Positions 8,688 to 17,626 of a stretch of DNA of 50,655 bases are shown piece after piece. The notes below the pieces were generated by a model, which did not search any database, was not told where the DNA came from, and worked only from the letters and a program-made list of their open reading frames with translations. Position 1 is the first letter of the stretch; the number at the start of each line of letters is the position of its first letter. The stretch comes from a virus (Duplodnaviria; Caudoviricetes): positions 1 to 50,655 of the IMG/VR virus record IMGVR_UViG_3300021338_000005; one strand, 5' to 3'. The position numbers were made by a program, and so were the translations under genes.

Positions 8688-9092
8688 GTTAGGCACAATT
8701 AAGCGAAGTAACCCGCAATTGCCTTGGGTCTTATTATAAAATACTCCTTGTCGTTTAATTTTATTGAGTTGCTGTACATATATTCATCACATACAACTAA
8801 ATCACCCAATTCAATTGCTCTGCCCAATGCCTCGTAATTAACATTTTTAGCAATTTTCACTACTTTGTATATTTGTCTGTGTTCTGTCCTTTCAATTAAC
8901 ACTTTACCATTAGCTAATGTTAATTTCTCAATTGAAGTTCTCTTTTTAAACATAATTAACTGTGCCTAACAATTTGTATAATTCAGTTGGCTGTTAAGCT
9001 ATATTTACCAACTTTAGCACATTTAATTAAGTTTTGTTCGGTTAACATGGTTAGTGCTATTAATTCCAACCGAAATCATACAAGTGGTCGTT
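8688..9092 (+). mobile_element. integron-cassette-like unit (core site, inverted gene, attC-like hairpin)
   Basis: GTTAGGCACA 8688-8697 and TGTGCCTAAC 8961-8970 are exact complements around one ORF; hairpin arms TTGTATAATTCAGTTGG / CCAACCGAAATCATACAA, ending in GTTAAC at 9090. Confidence 0.65.
8699..8953 (-). CDS. hypothetical protein, weak GroES-like character
   Basis: KVLIER..VVKIA..IELGDLVV..IKLNDKEYFIIRPKAIAG parallels the Cpn10 layout. Confidence 0.6.
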   Translation of the reverse strand: MFKKRTSIEKLTLANGKVLIERTEHRQIYKVVKIAKNVNYEALGRAIELGDLVVCDEYMYSNSIKLNDKEYFIIRPKAIAGYFA

Positions 9093-9432
9093 AACTAACC
9101 TTAGTTATATCTTTTAAAAACTCATCTACTTGGAATTTAGACCTTTCAACCGCTTTATCAAAAAGAACATCTAAACTCTTTTCATCAACATCTAATAAGT
9201 TTCCAAATACTTTTCTTACTTTTCTAGTTATAAAATAAAAGAATTGATTTGTCTTTTGTTTAAACTCTTTAACAAAGATACTATCTCCTTTTATATTTGA
9301 GTTTTTAAGCTCTGATAGTGCTATTTCTAGCCCTAGAGTCCAAATGTATGCAGTTACTAAAAGTAAATGGTTTTTAGTTACTTTGTTTGGTGCTGGCTTG
9401 TAATCTTTTACGCTTACTAATTTTTTATTCAT
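9091..9432 (-). CDS. hypothetical protein
   Basis: 113-aa ORF; stop codon overlaps GTT site. Confidence 0.75.
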   Translation of the reverse strand: MNKKLVSVKDYKPAPNKVTKNHLLLVTAYIWTLGLEIALSELKNSNIKGDSIFVKEFKQKTNQFFYFITRKVRKVFGNLLDVDEKSLDVLFDKAVERSKFQVDEFLKDITKVS

Positions 9433-9442
9433 AATATAAGTT

Positions 9443-9664
9443 TTATATTTTTTCTTTTATAAACATTTCGATTTCATCTTGTGTAATTGGTGTCTTTTCT
9501 GAGTCTTCATTGTACCAATCAACAAACTCTATTAATAACCCCATTGAGTCTCTAACAAATTTAATATTAACATTAATACCCTTATTAATTTCTTGTTGTA
9601 TTTTTTTATCAAATGCTTCGTATATTTCCTTTTGTAATAGTCCAAGCTCTAACTGTTTTGTCAT
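9443..9664 (-). CDS. hypothetical protein
   Basis: ORF in leftward operon. Confidence 0.7.
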   Translation of the reverse strand: MTKQLELGLLQKEIYEAFDKKIQQEINKGINVNIKFVRDSMGLLIEFVDWYNEDSEKTPITQDEIEMFIKEKI

Positions 9665-9819
9665 AGTTCTATTTGTTTTATTTGTGCGTTTATAAAATCT
9701 CTTTTTTCAGTTAACCTTTTTAGTCTTCTTTTCTTTACAGATGTCTGTAATCCAGTTTGGTATCCTATTATAATACCTATTAAAACACCAAAAATACAAA
9801 ATATTATTTTAATCCCCAT
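9661..9819 (-). CDS. 52-aa membrane-anchored protein (not in ORF track)
   Basis: MGIKIIFCIFGVLIGIIIG...; promoter box TAACTTTG at 9849-9842; ATGA overlap. Confidence 0.65.
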   Translation of the reverse strand: MGIKIIFCIFGVLIGIIIGYQTGLQTSVKKRRLKRLTEKRDFINAQIKQIEL

Positions 9820-9859
9820 AATTTAATTTTTTAATTTAAAGCAAAGTTAGTAATTATTT

Positions 9860-10021
9860 TTAATTAGACAAATTTAATACTTTTATTTTTTTTCCGTTAG
9901 ATGTAATTAAAATAAAAAATCTATAATCACAGTCGTTACAAACCTTAACGTGTTTAGATAGTTTTTTATCATCTTTTAATTCCCCACTACATCTAGGTCA
10001 GTACTTTATATCTTTACTCAT
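9860..10021 (-). pseudogene. zinc-ribbon ORF with in-frame TGA at a Cys position
   Basis: MSKDIKY*PRCSGELKDDKKLSKHVKVCNDCDYRFF...; TGA at 10000-9998. Confidence 0.65.
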
Positions 10022-10065
10022 GTTTTATTTATTTAATACTATCCCTATATCCATTGAAGTTTAAA

Positions 10066-10506
10066 TTACTTATAGATAACACCTCTTATTCTTAACTCTT
10101 TTTTATTATTTTTATTTTTTTTCTTCTTTGGTTTTGTAGATACATATTTATTAACAAGAAAAGAATCAATAAGTTCTTTAAATAACTCTAAGTACTTTAT
10201 GTCATAGCATTCTGTTTTACCAGAAAAATTTTTATTAGGCTTATATCTAAGTCCATTAAAAATAGTATGTAATGTCCTTTCTATCATTTCAGCGTTCTTT
10301 ATTTCTAAAACCTTTATAACTCTCCAGTTATAAGGGAAGTCTTTTTTGAATCTATCTTTTATATACTTTAGCCTTGTAAATCCTATTTTTAAAAATCTTT
10401 CTTTTTCATCATCAGAATAACATTCTATTAGGTATATTTTATTTTTATTATACCTTTCATTATACTGCTTGTCGTTTATCTTTTTGTTTATTAATTTGTA
10501 ACTCAT
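10066..10506 (-). CDS. GIY-YIG superfamily nuclease (T5orf172/MUG113-like)
   Basis: IYLI..FLKIGFT..RF..EMIERTLH..GKTECY. Confidence 0.8.
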   Translation of the reverse strand: MSYKLINKKINDKQYNERYNKNKIYLIECYSDDEKERFLKIGFTRLKYIKDRFKKDFPYNWRVIKVLEIKNAEMIERTLHTIFNGLRYKPNKNFSGKTECYDIKYLELFKELIDSFLVNKYVSTKPKKKKNKNNKKELRIRGVIYK

Positions 10507-10554
10507 TTTTACTTATTATATATTATAATTAACTAATGCTTAGAGAGAGTTCTT

Positions 10555-10835
10555 GAGTTAAAAGCATAGTAGTATTACCCCTAAACTAGAATATTAATCT
10601 AATTTGAGCTGTACTATACTTTTAAAACGAATTAACTAACAAATGCTTGTCGGTCGTCCTATCGTTATTAAGCACTCTAATTACTCGATAGTAGCATTAG
10701 AGATGAAGTCTATTTTAGAAACTATCATTCCGTTGTTCAGGCTCTCTTCTTTTGTAGCACCTTGCAAATATGAACACCCCAATGGTTTTGCACTTAATTT
10801 ATACCGCCACCGTATTAAACCAACCAGTATAAAGT
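10555..10835 (-). ncRNA. putative structured ncRNA upstream of the GIY-YIG gene
   Basis: Hairpins at 10798-10833, 10763-10792, 10675-10702 and 10560-10623; G-U pairs favour the minus strand. Confidence 0.5.
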
Positions 10836-10852
10836 TTTTTATTTTAAGGCAT

Positions 10853-10958
10853 AAAAAAAGCCTACTCCAAGTCCGCACTGAGTAAGCTTTTTAAACGTTG
10901 CATTGCAACAAATATCTTTAGAACTTATCTAAATGCGGAAATAGACAATGCAAATATA
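10853..10958 (-). promoter_or_regulatory. promoter, leader hairpin and terminator with complementary loops
   Basis: TATATTTG 10958-10951; leader loop UCCGCA; terminator loop UGCGGA, then U-run. Confidence 0.65.
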
Positions 10959-10997
10959 AACATATTTTATTAAAAGTCAAGCGAAATGATAAAAAAA

Positions 10998-11195
10998 TTA
11001 ATTCAAATTATATTTTTCTCTTGAATCATCATAAGTAATATAATAACCAACGGCTTGACATTCATCTATTTTGTGCCATTCTGCTAGATAATGATACATA
11101 TCAATACTATTGCAAATTATTTCTAAATCACAACTTTCACCATCTGGATATATAGAAATAAATTTAATCATATAACGGCTCATCTTCAAATCCAC
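10998..11195 (-). CDS. hypothetical protein
   Basis: ORF in leftward operon. Confidence 0.6.
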   Translation of the reverse strand: MDLKMSRYMIKFISIYPDGESCDLEIICNSIDMYHYLAEWHKIDECQAVGYYITYDDSREKYNLN

Positions 11196-11352
11196 TATTC
11201 AAAGCAATAGCATATTCTAACTCTAGTTTCTGTTTAGGTGTTAAGCAAGATAATAGATAATTTTCTTTTATGTTAAAATCGTTTAAAACCTTTTCCAAAG
11301 ATACACCATTTTCAACAAGAAACAAAATCTTTTTTATTTGTGAAGTTTTCAT
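11164..11352 (-). CDS. hypothetical protein
   Basis: ATGA overlap. Confidence 0.65.
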   Translation of the reverse strand: MKTSQIKKILFLVENGVSLEKVLNDFNIKENYLLSCLTPKQKLELEYAIALNSGFEDEPLYD

Positions 11353-11597
11353 ATTTTATCTATATTGAAATATTCTAAAGTTAACCTATATTCAGAATTA
11401 TCTTCTAAAACTTTAATGTGTATTTCTCTTATAATATTACATATCCTAACACTAAAGTTTTGTGTTATAATATATTCATTCTCTCCATAGTACTCATCAA
11501 TAACTTTATAACAATTCTCAACACTAGAACAAACACCTAAAACATCTAATTCTGAATCTTCAAAATCAAACTCATGTATAATTATAACTTTTTCCAT
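11349..11597 (-). CDS. hypothetical protein
   Basis: Directly after promoter box TAAATTTG (11609-11602). Confidence 0.7.
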   Translation of the reverse strand: MEKVIIIHEFDFEDSELDVLGVCSSVENCYKVIDEYYGENEYIITQNFSVRICNIIREIHIKVLEDNSEYRLTLEYFNIDKI

Positions 11598-11677
11598 AAT
11601 ACAAATTTAAACTAAAAAAACTTTAAAATAATTTGTTTAAGTGGTTAAAATAGTTTAAATGTTAATTTTAAATTACT

Positions 11678-11685
11678 TATATTTG
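11678..11685 (+). promoter_or_regulatory. promoter -7 box of the head operon
   Basis: TATATTTG about 30 nt before the portal start. Confidence 0.6.
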
Positions 11686-11714
11686 TAGTTGAAAACCAAA
11701 AAGTTGGTAACTAA

Positions 11715-13403
11715 ATGAGTCTTGAAATACTTTTTGATGTAGTTTTTAATGGTGTAACTTGGAAAGGTTACGAACATTCAACTAAACTACAACATACATA
11801 TAAAACTTTCTTTAATGGTTCTAAAAAGGATTTAAAACCTTATTTAAGGACTTTAAAGAAAAGAGAAACTAGCGAGGAGATTGAATCACGTTTAGAAGCG
11901 TCTAACTTCCTTAATAAAGCTCTTTATAATTCACTTAAAAAGAATTTAAACAGTTTAAGTTTCAAAGATTACAAGGTTACACAACTAGAAGAAAATGACT
12001 TAGTAAATGAAAATTTACGTTTGTTTTTCGATGATAGACCAATAGACGAGTATATATTTAAAGTTCTTTTAGATGACACTTTGCTAGACCCTAACGGATT
12101 AGTTTACTTACAAAAAGAAGATAAAGTTTCTCCAACTTTTATAAATTCAGAAAATATACTTTGGAAAGAAAAGAAAAACGGAGCTTTTCAATTTGTAGTT
12201 ATAAAAAAGTCTGATGGTTATATAGCTTTTTTAGATAGTAACGTATTTAATTTCACAGAGTTAGAGCAAGGAAGTTGTAAAAAAGTAGAAACTTTTGAAG
12301 ATTTAGAAGAGGGTGACATTGAGTTTCAAGGAAAAAAGTACAATTTAGAAGTAACTAAAGGTTATGACTTTGCTCCTTTTGTTTCGGTAGGATTTATTTA
12401 TTCAATAGAAAATAAAAGTGTTTACTTATCTTATTTTGATAGTGCGGTTAGTTACTTCAAGAAGTTGACTAGCTTAGTATCAGAACATGATATTACAGAG
12501 CTTAAACAAGCATTTCCAAAGATATTTGCATACGAACAAAAATGTACTGGTGAGGGTCCGACTAAACCATGTGATAATGGTACTTGCACAACTACTAACG
12601 AAACTTGTAAGCGTTGTGGTGGTACTGGTGTAATATTATCAAAAAGTGGTCAAGATATAGTTACTATACCAATTCCAGATAATAGAGGTATTGAGGAGTT
12701 TGTGGATTTATCAAAATTATACTATGAGCATCAAGCACCTATATCAACGTTAGAGTATCAAAAGAACGGTATTAGAGAGGTTTTAGAAGATGCTAAGGCT
12801 AGCATATACGGTAAAGATGACGTTGAGAACGTAAATAAGACTGCAACAAGTAGATTAATAGAGGTTGAAAAGTCAAATCAAGCGTTATATCCATTCGCTA
12901 ACAACATAAAAAGAATTTATGAAGTAATAGCAAAACAATCTAGCTTATTATTGGGTCAACCAAATAATGATTTTGAATTTACTTTCCCTCAAAAGTTAAT
13001 CGAATTAAACGAAAGCGAGTTAATAGAATTAATTAAGGAAGCAAAAGAAAATAGTTTACCACAAAGTATAATTCAAGAGTACGAAAATAGATTAGCTAAA
13101 ACGGTATTTAAAAACAATAAATACAAGGCTAAGATACATGACTTAGTAATTAAGCTAAAGCCTTTTAATGATAGTCCTAAAGCTGAAATATTAGCGCTTA
13201 AAGATACTGGTTTAGTAAATGAAGACGATGTTATATTAAACTTAAACTTTGATAGGTTTTTAAAAGAAATTGAAAGGGGGTATTTAGAAAGTCAATCATC
13301 TATTATTGATGCTCCTATAAAAGAAGTTGAAACAAAGATATTAGATAGATTAAAAGAGTTTAAAAAAGGAATTGAACCACAAGAACCTAACTTTAATATA
13401 TGA
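11715..13403 (+). CDS. portal protein
   Basis: 562 aa, first gene of head operon, largely helical, KTATSRLIE motif; Cys-rich insertion. Confidence 0.78.
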   Translation: MSLEILFDVVFNGVTWKGYEHSTKLQHTYKTFFNGSKKDLKPYLRTLKKRETSEEIESRLEASNFLNKALYNSLKKNLNSLSFKDYKVTQLEENDLVNENLRLFFDDRPIDEYIFKVLLDDTLLDPNGLVYLQKEDKVSPTFINSENILWKEKKNGAFQFVVIKKSDGYIAFLDSNVFNFTELEQGSCKKVETFEDLEEGDIEFQGKKYNLEVTKGYDFAPFVSVGFIYSIENKSVYLSYFDSAVSYFKKLTSLVSEHDITELKQAFPKIFAYEQKCTGEGPTKPCDNGTCTTTNETCKRCGGTGVILSKSGQDIVTIPIPDNRGIEEFVDLSKLYYEHQAPISTLEYQKNGIREVLEDAKASIYGKDDVENVNKTATSRLIEVEKSNQALYPFANNIKRIYEVIAKQSSLLLGQPNNDFEFTFPQKLIELNESELIELIKEAKENSLPQSIIQEYENRLAKTVFKNNKYKAKIHDLVIKLKPFNDSPKAEILALKDTGLVNEDDVILNLNFDRFLKEIERGYLESQSSIIDAPIKEVETKILDRLKEFKKGIEPQEPNFNI

Positions 13404-14341
13404 GTTTAGAAAGTGATTTTAATAAAGCTACAAAAGAACTTGATAAAAGGATTGAGAAAGTAAGAAGTTACGAGGCAGAGATTTTAAAAAAGGGGCGTTC
13501 AATTCAAAACAAAGTTTATACAGAATTATTAGATAAAATACTTTCTGAATTAGATAAAGATGAAAACGGTATTATTAAAAATACTTTAAAAAATAGAACA
13601 ATAACCAATAGGTTAAACAAAATATTAAGTAAAGACAAATTAGAAGATTTAACAACTTACTATATCAATTCAATAGATAACATATCAGCAAGTAATAACA
13701 AACAATTTAGCGTTTACTACAAAACTAAAACAGATATAGATAAAGCTATTCAAAAGCGTGTTTATGGAGGTTTGGGAATTGCTAAGAATAAAATAGTTGA
13801 AGGTAGTTTTTTAGATAGTAGCATAAGTTTAGAGCCGTTAAGAAGAGATTTAAACATAGAGTTTTTTAAGGCTTTAAATGGTAATCAAAGTGTTATCGAC
13901 TTAAAAAAAAATGTTAGGGAAATTGTAAAAGGTTCTGAAGGTAAAAATGGAGTGTTAGAAAATCATTTAGATACTTATGCAACTGATAGTTTAAATAGTG
14001 TTGATAGTGCTATTAGTGAAATGTATTCAGAGGATTTAGGAATGGATGCTTTTAGATACTTTGGAGGTTTAAAAAATAACACTAGAGATTTTTGCAAACA
14101 TCGAAATGGTAAGATAATTACTAAAAAAGAGGCTAGTAAATGGGGTACAAAGGATGATGATTTAGGTGGTTATACAAATAAGTATTTAGGGCAGTTTCAA
14201 GGTAAGAATAAGGGGTATAATCCTTTAGTTGACAGAGGAGGTTATAATTGTAGACATAAATTAAATTACATAAGTAACGATTTAGCCGTGTTGTTACGTG
14301 ATGATTTAGAAATAGATGAAAACGGTAAATTAAATAAATAA
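13400..14341 (+). CDS. minor head / head morphogenesis protein (MuF-like)
   Basis: TRDFC...GGYNCRH motifs; follows portal. Confidence 0.8.
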   Translation: MSLESDFNKATKELDKRIEKVRSYEAEILKKGRSIQNKVYTELLDKILSELDKDENGIIKNTLKNRTITNRLNKILSKDKLEDLTTYYINSIDNISASNNKQFSVYYKTKTDIDKAIQKRVYGGLGIAKNKIVEGSFLDSSISLEPLRRDLNIEFFKALNGNQSVIDLKKNVREIVKGSEGKNGVLENHLDTYATDSLNSVDSAISEMYSEDLGMDAFRYFGGLKNNTRDFCKHRNGKIITKKEASKWGTKDDDLGGYTNKYLGQFQGKNKGYNPLVDRGGYNCRHKLNYISNDLAVLLRDDLEIDENGKLNK

Positions 14342-14344
14342 ACA

Positions 14345-14620
14345 ATGATTAGATTATTTAGACAAAGTGACAAGGGTTTAAAGGAAGTATCAGAACAAAG
14401 ATACAAAGACTTTAAAGAGGTATTTCATAGAAAAGGATGGAGAGTGTTAGCAGAAGGTGAAGAAGCTCCAACAGAAGAGGTTAAGGAAGTTAAAACAAAA
14501 GAAAAGCCAACACCTAAACCACCAGTAAAAGAAGAACCTATCGAGATTGAAAGAACTGATGAAGTAGAGGAGGTTAAGCCTAAGAAAAGAGGACGTAAAA
14601 AAAAGGAAACAAATAAATAA
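14345..14620 (+). CDS. small charged protein
   Basis: E/K/P-rich, ends PKKRGRKKK. Confidence 0.7.
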   Translation: MIRLFRQSDKGLKEVSEQRYKDFKEVFHRKGWRVLAEGEEAPTEEVKEVKTKEKPTPKPPVKEEPIEIERTDEVEEVKPKKRGRKKKETNK

Positions 14621-14625
14621 AATAT

Positions 14626-15447
14626 ATGTCGTTAGATATACGAGAGGTGGCGAAAATCCTCTATAAAAAAGACGTTGAAATTAATGAGGGTGACAACCCT
14701 ATAGAAGTATTAACAAAACTTCAAGAGGAATTTGTATCAAAGCAATCTGAAATAGCAGAAAGCAAGTACAAACATGGATTTAAAAATGGAGCTAAAGAAA
14801 GCGAAAAGAGTTTTAAATCAGCTTTAGGGATAGATGACGATTTATTCGGCCAAGAGTTGGTTGATAAAGCTCGTGAACGTTACGAAACTGCATTAACTTC
14901 TAAGGGCGCAAGTGCTGATGAGTTACAAAAGTTAAAAGACGATTACAACGCTAAAATTAAATCTTTTGAAGAAAACAAAAATGCTTCTGAGAATGAATGG
15001 AAGTTGAAGTATGAAAACTTAAACAACGAAATTGAAAGAGCTAAAAGAGAAAATAAAATAAACTCTTATATAGCTAGTGATTTAACAAATGCTGATTACA
15101 ATTGGCAATCTGATTCAGAGTTAAAAAACTATCAAATTAGCGTTGTAAAAGAACAGATTTCTAAACTAAATATTAAAGAAGATGCAACAGGTATTTTTAT
15201 TATGAATGCTGACGGCTCTTTAAAGACTGATAGTTTAGGAAATGTAGTAAGATTTGAAGATGAAAAGAATAAAATTTTACGCGCTATTGTTGGTACTAAG
15301 TCTAGTAATTCAGCACCGTCATTTTCAACAACTGGCTCACAATTAAGTATTGAAGCTCTTAAAGAAAAGTTAGACACTTTACCAAAGGGAAGTGAAGAAT
15401 ATAAAAAAGTGAGCAAAATTTATACAGAAAAATTATATAACACTTAA
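14626..15447 (+). CDS. capsid scaffolding protein
   Basis: Coiled-coil, charged, immediately before major capsid. Confidence 0.7.
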   Translation: MSLDIREVAKILYKKDVEINEGDNPIEVLTKLQEEFVSKQSEIAESKYKHGFKNGAKESEKSFKSALGIDDDLFGQELVDKARERYETALTSKGASADELQKLKDDYNAKIKSFEENKNASENEWKLKYENLNNEIERAKRENKINSYIASDLTNADYNWQSDSELKNYQISVVKEQISKLNIKEDATGIFIMNADGSLKTDSLGNVVRFEDEKNKILRAIVGTKSSNSAPSFSTTGSQLSIEALKEKLDTLPKGSEEYKKVSKIYTEKLYNT

Positions 15448-15458
15448 AAAAAAGAAAA

Positions 15459-16472
15459 ATGGCAAAATCGTGCGTAATCGATGAACACTTATTATTTTCA
15501 AAAGCTGATGAAGTTTTTGAATCAATGGAATACCAAAAGAAAAGACGTGTATTTAACGCGTTAGACTCTTTTAGTGGTACCTTCTCAAACAAAGGGTTAG
15601 TACCTTCTCTTAATCAAAATGATACAAGAGTAAAGATTTATTGGGATAACATTTGTGATTCAACAGTAGTTGCTTGTGACACTTCTTGTACACCTGCAGG
15701 AACTTCAACAGATGGGATTGATTGTCAGGAATACACAATGACACAATGCGCTCAAATTGATTTTAGTATTTCTACTGGTGATTTTGAGGGGTTAGAAGGA
15801 TTTAAAGTTTTAAACGAAACTTTAGCAGATGAAATTATCAGAGGTGAAGCTTCTTTAATTGAATCTCATGTTATACCTTATTTATTGAATACTATTGATG
15901 CTAGTGCTGGTGAGAACAAGTTTACTTTAGACACTACTAAAACAGTAACACCTACTGAAACTACTATTCCAGCAACTCAATGGAACTCACAGTTATTAGG
16001 TTATTTTAGACAAGTTGAAGACTTTAATAAATACTCTAACCCTCGTATTTTATCAGGAAGCTATGCTTTACAATCTGATGTAATTAACAAGGAAATGGGG
16101 TACGGATTAGATGTTGAAAATAGAGGTTATCAAGCTTTAGGTATGAACTTCGATGTTGTAAACATTGCTAAAGTTTTATCTACTACTGATACTTACATGT
16201 TAGATGCTAACAGATGGAGATTTGCTAGTAAGCATGAATATAAAAATTCAGCTCCTAGTATTGCTTATCCTGACGGTGCAGCGTGGTCTACATGGTCTAT
16301 TCCATCTAGATTTATTCCTAATTTAAGAATAGATATGGCTCATAAAATAGAGTGTGAATCTGAAAAGAACATCAGACACTATTTTAGAATGAGAATCAAC
16401 TATGATATGTTTGAAGCTCCAGCTGATTTATGTGATGGAACTGCAAGCGTTTTAAAGTTTGTTTGTGCTTAA
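15459..16472 (+). CDS. major capsid protein
   Basis: 337 aa, after scaffold, followed by a terminator. Confidence 0.75.
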   Translation: MAKSCVIDEHLLFSKADEVFESMEYQKKRRVFNALDSFSGTFSNKGLVPSLNQNDTRVKIYWDNICDSTVVACDTSCTPAGTSTDGIDCQEYTMTQCAQIDFSISTGDFEGLEGFKVLNETLADEIIRGEASLIESHVIPYLLNTIDASAGENKFTLDTTKTVTPTETTIPATQWNSQLLGYFRQVEDFNKYSNPRILSGSYALQSDVINKEMGYGLDVENRGYQALGMNFDVVNIAKVLSTTDTYMLDANRWRFASKHEYKNSAPSIAYPDGAAWSTWSIPSRFIPNLRIDMAHKIECESEKNIRHYFRMRINYDMFEAPADLCDGTASVLKFVCA

Positions 16473-16480
16473 AAATAATT

Positions 16481-16506
16481 AGAGGGTTGAAACACACCCT
16501 CTTTTT
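16481..16506 (+). terminator. intrinsic terminator
   Basis: AGAGGGT-tgaaacac-ACCCTCT followed by T-run. Confidence 0.8.
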
Positions 16507-16511
16507 AATCT

Positions 16512-16582
16512 GCTTCGTTGGTCGAGAGGTTAGGCGGTGGTCTGCAAAACCATGTACACAGGTTCGAGCCCTGTACGAAGCT
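16512..16582 (+). tRNA. tRNA-Cys(GCA)
   Basis: Acceptor GCTTCGT/ACGAAGC, anticodon arm GTGGT-CTGCAAA-ACCAT, T arm ACAGG-TTCGAGC-CCTGT, discriminator U73; CCA not encoded. Confidence 0.95.
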
Positions 16583-16597
16583 CAAAAAATTAATTAA

Positions 16598-17626
16598 ATG
16601 GATTGTATAAGTAATACTATAATAGGCTTAAGTCAAACGGGATGTGATTGCTTTGATGCTGGTAAGCCAATAGATTATAACACTTCTGATAGTGGTTTGT
16701 TTATTACTGATGTAATGGACTTGTTTACGATAGAGGATTTAACAGATTGTAACAAGGGTGATGTTTGGCAACTTTTAGAAGATAGTAGAAAGTACGGTAT
16801 TAAACATTTTAAAAGAAATTTTAAATCAATGTTTAACAAGTATTTTAAAAAGGATTATAGAGATTGTAAAACACAAATAGGAAGCGACAAAAGAAACGGC
16901 AAGGTGTATACTGGAACTTCTACATGGTTAGGTTCAAGAATAGAAGCTAATAACTTAACTGGCTCTTACATTACAATAAAAAATATAAATACTTATTTCA
17001 TTGAAAGTGGGACAGTAGATTTACATATTTATTCTAATTACTCAGGAGATGTTATTGATACAATTACATTAAACACAACTGCAAACAAAAAAGAAGTAAA
17101 TAGAGATATAAATATTACTTTACCTTTATTTGAAAGTGATTGTGAAGATTTAGAATACTACTTTATATACGAAATTCAAGGAACAAATGTACCTCTAGTA
17201 AACGCTTGTTTTTGCGGTTGTGGCTCTAAAAAATGTTATTCACGTTTTTACAACATGAATGGCATAGAATATCCAACTTTTCCTAGTGACTTTTCAGATT
17301 ATGAAGTAACTAACGCTAGTTGTAATGGTATTGAAATAGAAGTTAACGCCTTTTGTAATGAAGCTGACATACTTTGCCCTATTGACTATACAACTGATAG
17401 AGGTAGTTTAGTAGCGGAGTTAATACAGTATGAAAGTGCTTTATATTTGATTAATAGAATGTTAACAGGTCAAAGGTATAATTTTGATATTGAAACTTTG
17501 AACAGGAAAAAGAAATTAATACTAGGGACTATCGACCAGTATAAGGACGATTTAATTGCAGAGTTAAGAGAAAACACACCTGATTGTATAAGTTGTCAAG
17601 GTTGGGCGAATAGTAGATTATTATAA
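16598..17626 (+). CDS. Cys-rich virion protein, probable head-tail adaptor
   Basis: Position after capsid; 15 Cys in 342 aa. Confidence 0.6.
   Translation: MDCISNTIIGLSQTGCDCFDAGKPIDYNTSDSGLFITDVMDLFTIEDLTDCNKGDVWQLLEDSRKYGIKHFKRNFKSMFNKYFKKDYRDCKTQIGSDKRNGKVYTGTSTWLGSRIEANNLTGSYITIKNINTYFIESGTVDLHIYSNYSGDVIDTITLNTTANKKEVNRDINITLPLFESDCEDLEYYFIYEIQGTNVPLVNACFCGCGSKKCYSRFYNMNGIEYPTFPSDFSDYEVTNASCNGIEIEVNAFCNEADILCPIDYTTDRGSLVAELIQYESALYLINRMLTGQRYNFDIETLNRKKKLILGTIDQYKDDLIAELRENTPDCISCQGWANSRLL

Noticed and set aside
10643-10885. ORFs 10643-10885 (+) and 10681-10878 (-)
   Set aside because: Both overlap a terminator and hairpins and lack the usual start context; an RNA structure explains the region better, though coding is not excluded
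16512-16582. tRNA as attP, or tRNA-linked theta ribozyme
   Set aside because: No integrase nearby; only 15 AT-rich bases separate it from the next gene
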